NCBI GenBank assembly: GCA_026415655.1 | Contig: JAOAGR010000001.1 | Location: 1-60,616, forward strand | DNA: 60,616 nucleotides | Origin: Candidatus Dojkabacteria bacterium | Lineage (GTDB): Bacteria > Patescibacteriota > Dojkabacteria > JAOAGR01 | Reading direction: 5' to 3' | Shown here: piece by piece, positions 58,923 to 60,616 of the stretch | Numbering within the stretch: position 1 is the first letter of the stretch | Layout: every line of letters starts with the position of its first letter | The notes under the pieces: model-generated | The model's input: only the letters and a program-made list of their open reading frames with translations | What the model was told of the DNA's origin: nothing | The model's database searches: none | Made by a program: the position numbers and the translations under genes

Positions 58923-59519
58923 TCATGTTTTGTTTATAAAATCACTGATATGGCTGCCTACTATTATACCCTTTACATTTTTATAACTTTCTAATTTTTT
59001 CGATATATCCTTATCAATACCGCCGTCTATGTATATTTGAATCTCTGGGTTGATAGATGTGATTTTTCTTATTTTTTCGTAAGTTATGATGTTAAATTTT
59101 TGTCCTTGTTTACCTGATGGTACTGACATAATTAGTATTTCATCAACCGATTTTATAATTGGCGCATAGTCAAATATATTTGTGTATAAATCGAATGCAT
59201 ATATTATGTTTGGATAGCTTCTGACGTCGACTTCAATCTTACTTTCGATATGTATGAAGATCTTGTTAAAGTATGTTACTGTGTCATCATTTATTAATTT
59301 CCCATCATACTGAGGTGCCATAATATGGATATCAAATTTGACATTTGGGAATCTTTTTACTGAATCGATAATATCATCTATTGTGAGTGTGCCTTGTAAG
59401 TCCTTATAATGATTTGTAACAAGATCCATGTGAATATGAGTAAAATATTTTGTTAATTCGTGTATTTTCAGTAATAAATTATTTTTATCTTCTTCTAATA
59501 TAGCTGGTAAGATGAACAT
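58923..59519 (-). CDS. rpe: Ribulose-phosphate 3-epimerase (divergent)
   Basis: HIHMD, DIHIM, MSVPSGKQGQKF, IDGGI, IVGS. Confidence 0.85.
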   Translation of the reverse strand: MFILPAILEEDKNNLLLKIHELTKYFTHIHMDLVTNHYKDLQGTLTIDDIIDSVKRFPNVKFDIHIMAPQYDGKLINDDTVTYFNKIFIHIESKIEVDVRSYPNIIYAFDLYTNIFDYAPIIKSVDEILIMSVPSGKQGQKFNIITYEKIRKITSINPEIQIYIDGGIDKDISKKLESYKNVKGIIVGSHISDFINKT

Positions 59520-59596
59520 ATCACAGTTTTACTTTATTGTTTAATGTATCATTTGTTAATAATAGTATATTTTGCTAGTATAAGCATGATCTAGGT

Positions 59597-60597
59597 ATGT
59601 TCAATAAACAGAAATTAGATTTATTTGATCCTAGAAAGGATAGGAGAAGGATGATATTGATCATTATCTTTGTATTTATTTTTTGCTCTTGGGTGTGTCT
59701 GGGTATCTGGCGTATACGATAATAAATAGAAATGTGAATCCGGATGATACGGCGGCAAGTTATTGTCGACTATGTTCTCAGCAATATGTTAACTTGGAAA
59801 TTATTAATAGAGGATTAACAAATAAAAAGGCAGAATACGATTCATGTATGAACGAGTGTCTGACGACTACATGTACCCAACAAGATGAAAGCCAGCGGAG
59901 TACATGCCAAAATGAATCTGGATGGAATGTCTGTAATAATATTAAATGTCAATACATTAAACAATCTGTTGATGGGTTACAAGCTTCATATGACATAGCT
60001 AATAAGAATCTACAAGACTGTATTGCCCAAAATTGTCCACTCCCCAATGATCCAAGTAGAATACCAACACGTTTACCCGGTCCAACAACTATGCAGCCAA
60101 CCGCCGACGCGAATGGTAACAGTAACGGATTACCAACAATTACGTCACCTTCAACGGGAGGTAACAGTGGAGGTAGTAACAGTAGTAACAGACCGCCATC
60201 ACAAAACAATCCTCCCACTCAAAACCCGCCATCTCAAAATAATCCAAATCCCCTTGATACACTCCCCTGCGATCAGATAAGTTATGCACAGTGTCCATCA
60301 AATCGCTGCTTACCCATTCGGTGCGATGATGGCAATAACAAATGTGCACCGCCAGGTACACGAGCAGAGAACGTATGTAACCAAGGATGTCATGATAGAT
60401 TCTGTAGTGTAGGTGAATATTGTGCAGGTCAAAGTGCACAAGGACAGGGTGTGTGCTGCCGAGTAAATCAAGACTGTTCTAGTCAGTTGGCGGGTGGCAA
60501 CACTGGTGGCGGTGGTAGCAGCAACACAGGTGGAACGTCAGGTAGTAGTTCTGCACCAAGACCCGGTGGTGGTACATCAGGATCAGGAGGTAGTAGT
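59597..60597 (+). CDS. Cys-rich surface protein with P/N and G/S linkers; frameshifted at a T6 run and truncated by the contig end (absent from the ORF track)
   Basis: Frame is open from 59644 to the end (GYLAYTIINRNVNPDDTAASYCRLC...); ATG 59597 joins it if the T run at 59679-59684 is T7. Confidence 0.8.
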
Positions 60598-60616
60598 CTG
60601 TCTCTTATACACATCT
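60598..60616 (+). other. Tn5 mosaic end / Nextera adapter read-through (artefact)
   Basis: Exact CTGTCTCTTATACACATCT at the terminus. Confidence 0.98.

Noticed and set aside
59949-60439. ORFs 59949..60218, 60023..60280 and 60140..60439
   Set aside because: Alternate-frame shadows of the Cys-rich gene that runs off the contig

Overview
AT-rich, gene-dense bacterial contig using the standard genetic code (TGA acts as a stop). Gene content points to a Patescibacteria/CPR genome, possibly Dojkabacteria or Microgenomates-like; this is inferred from CPR-type pilins, an ftsA/baseplate-J-like locus, Cys-rich surface proteins, and AMP phosphorylase plus ribose-1,5-bisphosphate isomerase. Housekeeping genes include a UvrD-nuclease fusion, ftsEX, ftsA, smpB, mutL, folD, lepB, lemA, htpX, recG and rpe. 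Four observations stand out. (1) An integrase-less tandem array at about 47.4-51.2 kb is made of related 1.3-1.9 kb units. The units are separated by copies of the 3' end of an HTH/nucleotidyltransferase-like gene (one exact 40-bp repeat plus an older degenerate copy), carry orphan genes with their own promoters, and decay with distance from the target gene. (2) The FtsEX-linked coiled-coil hydrolase has a circularly permuted M23 peptidase domain. (3) A pilin/VirB6-like/M23/signal-peptidase cluster has no ATPases. (4) Two orphan membrane or surface genes are frameshifted in homopolymer runs near their 5' ends. The last 19 bp are an untrimmed Nextera/Tn5 adapter. No rRNA, tRNA, CRISPR array, integrase or transposase was recognised. 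All alignments and counts were done by eye.
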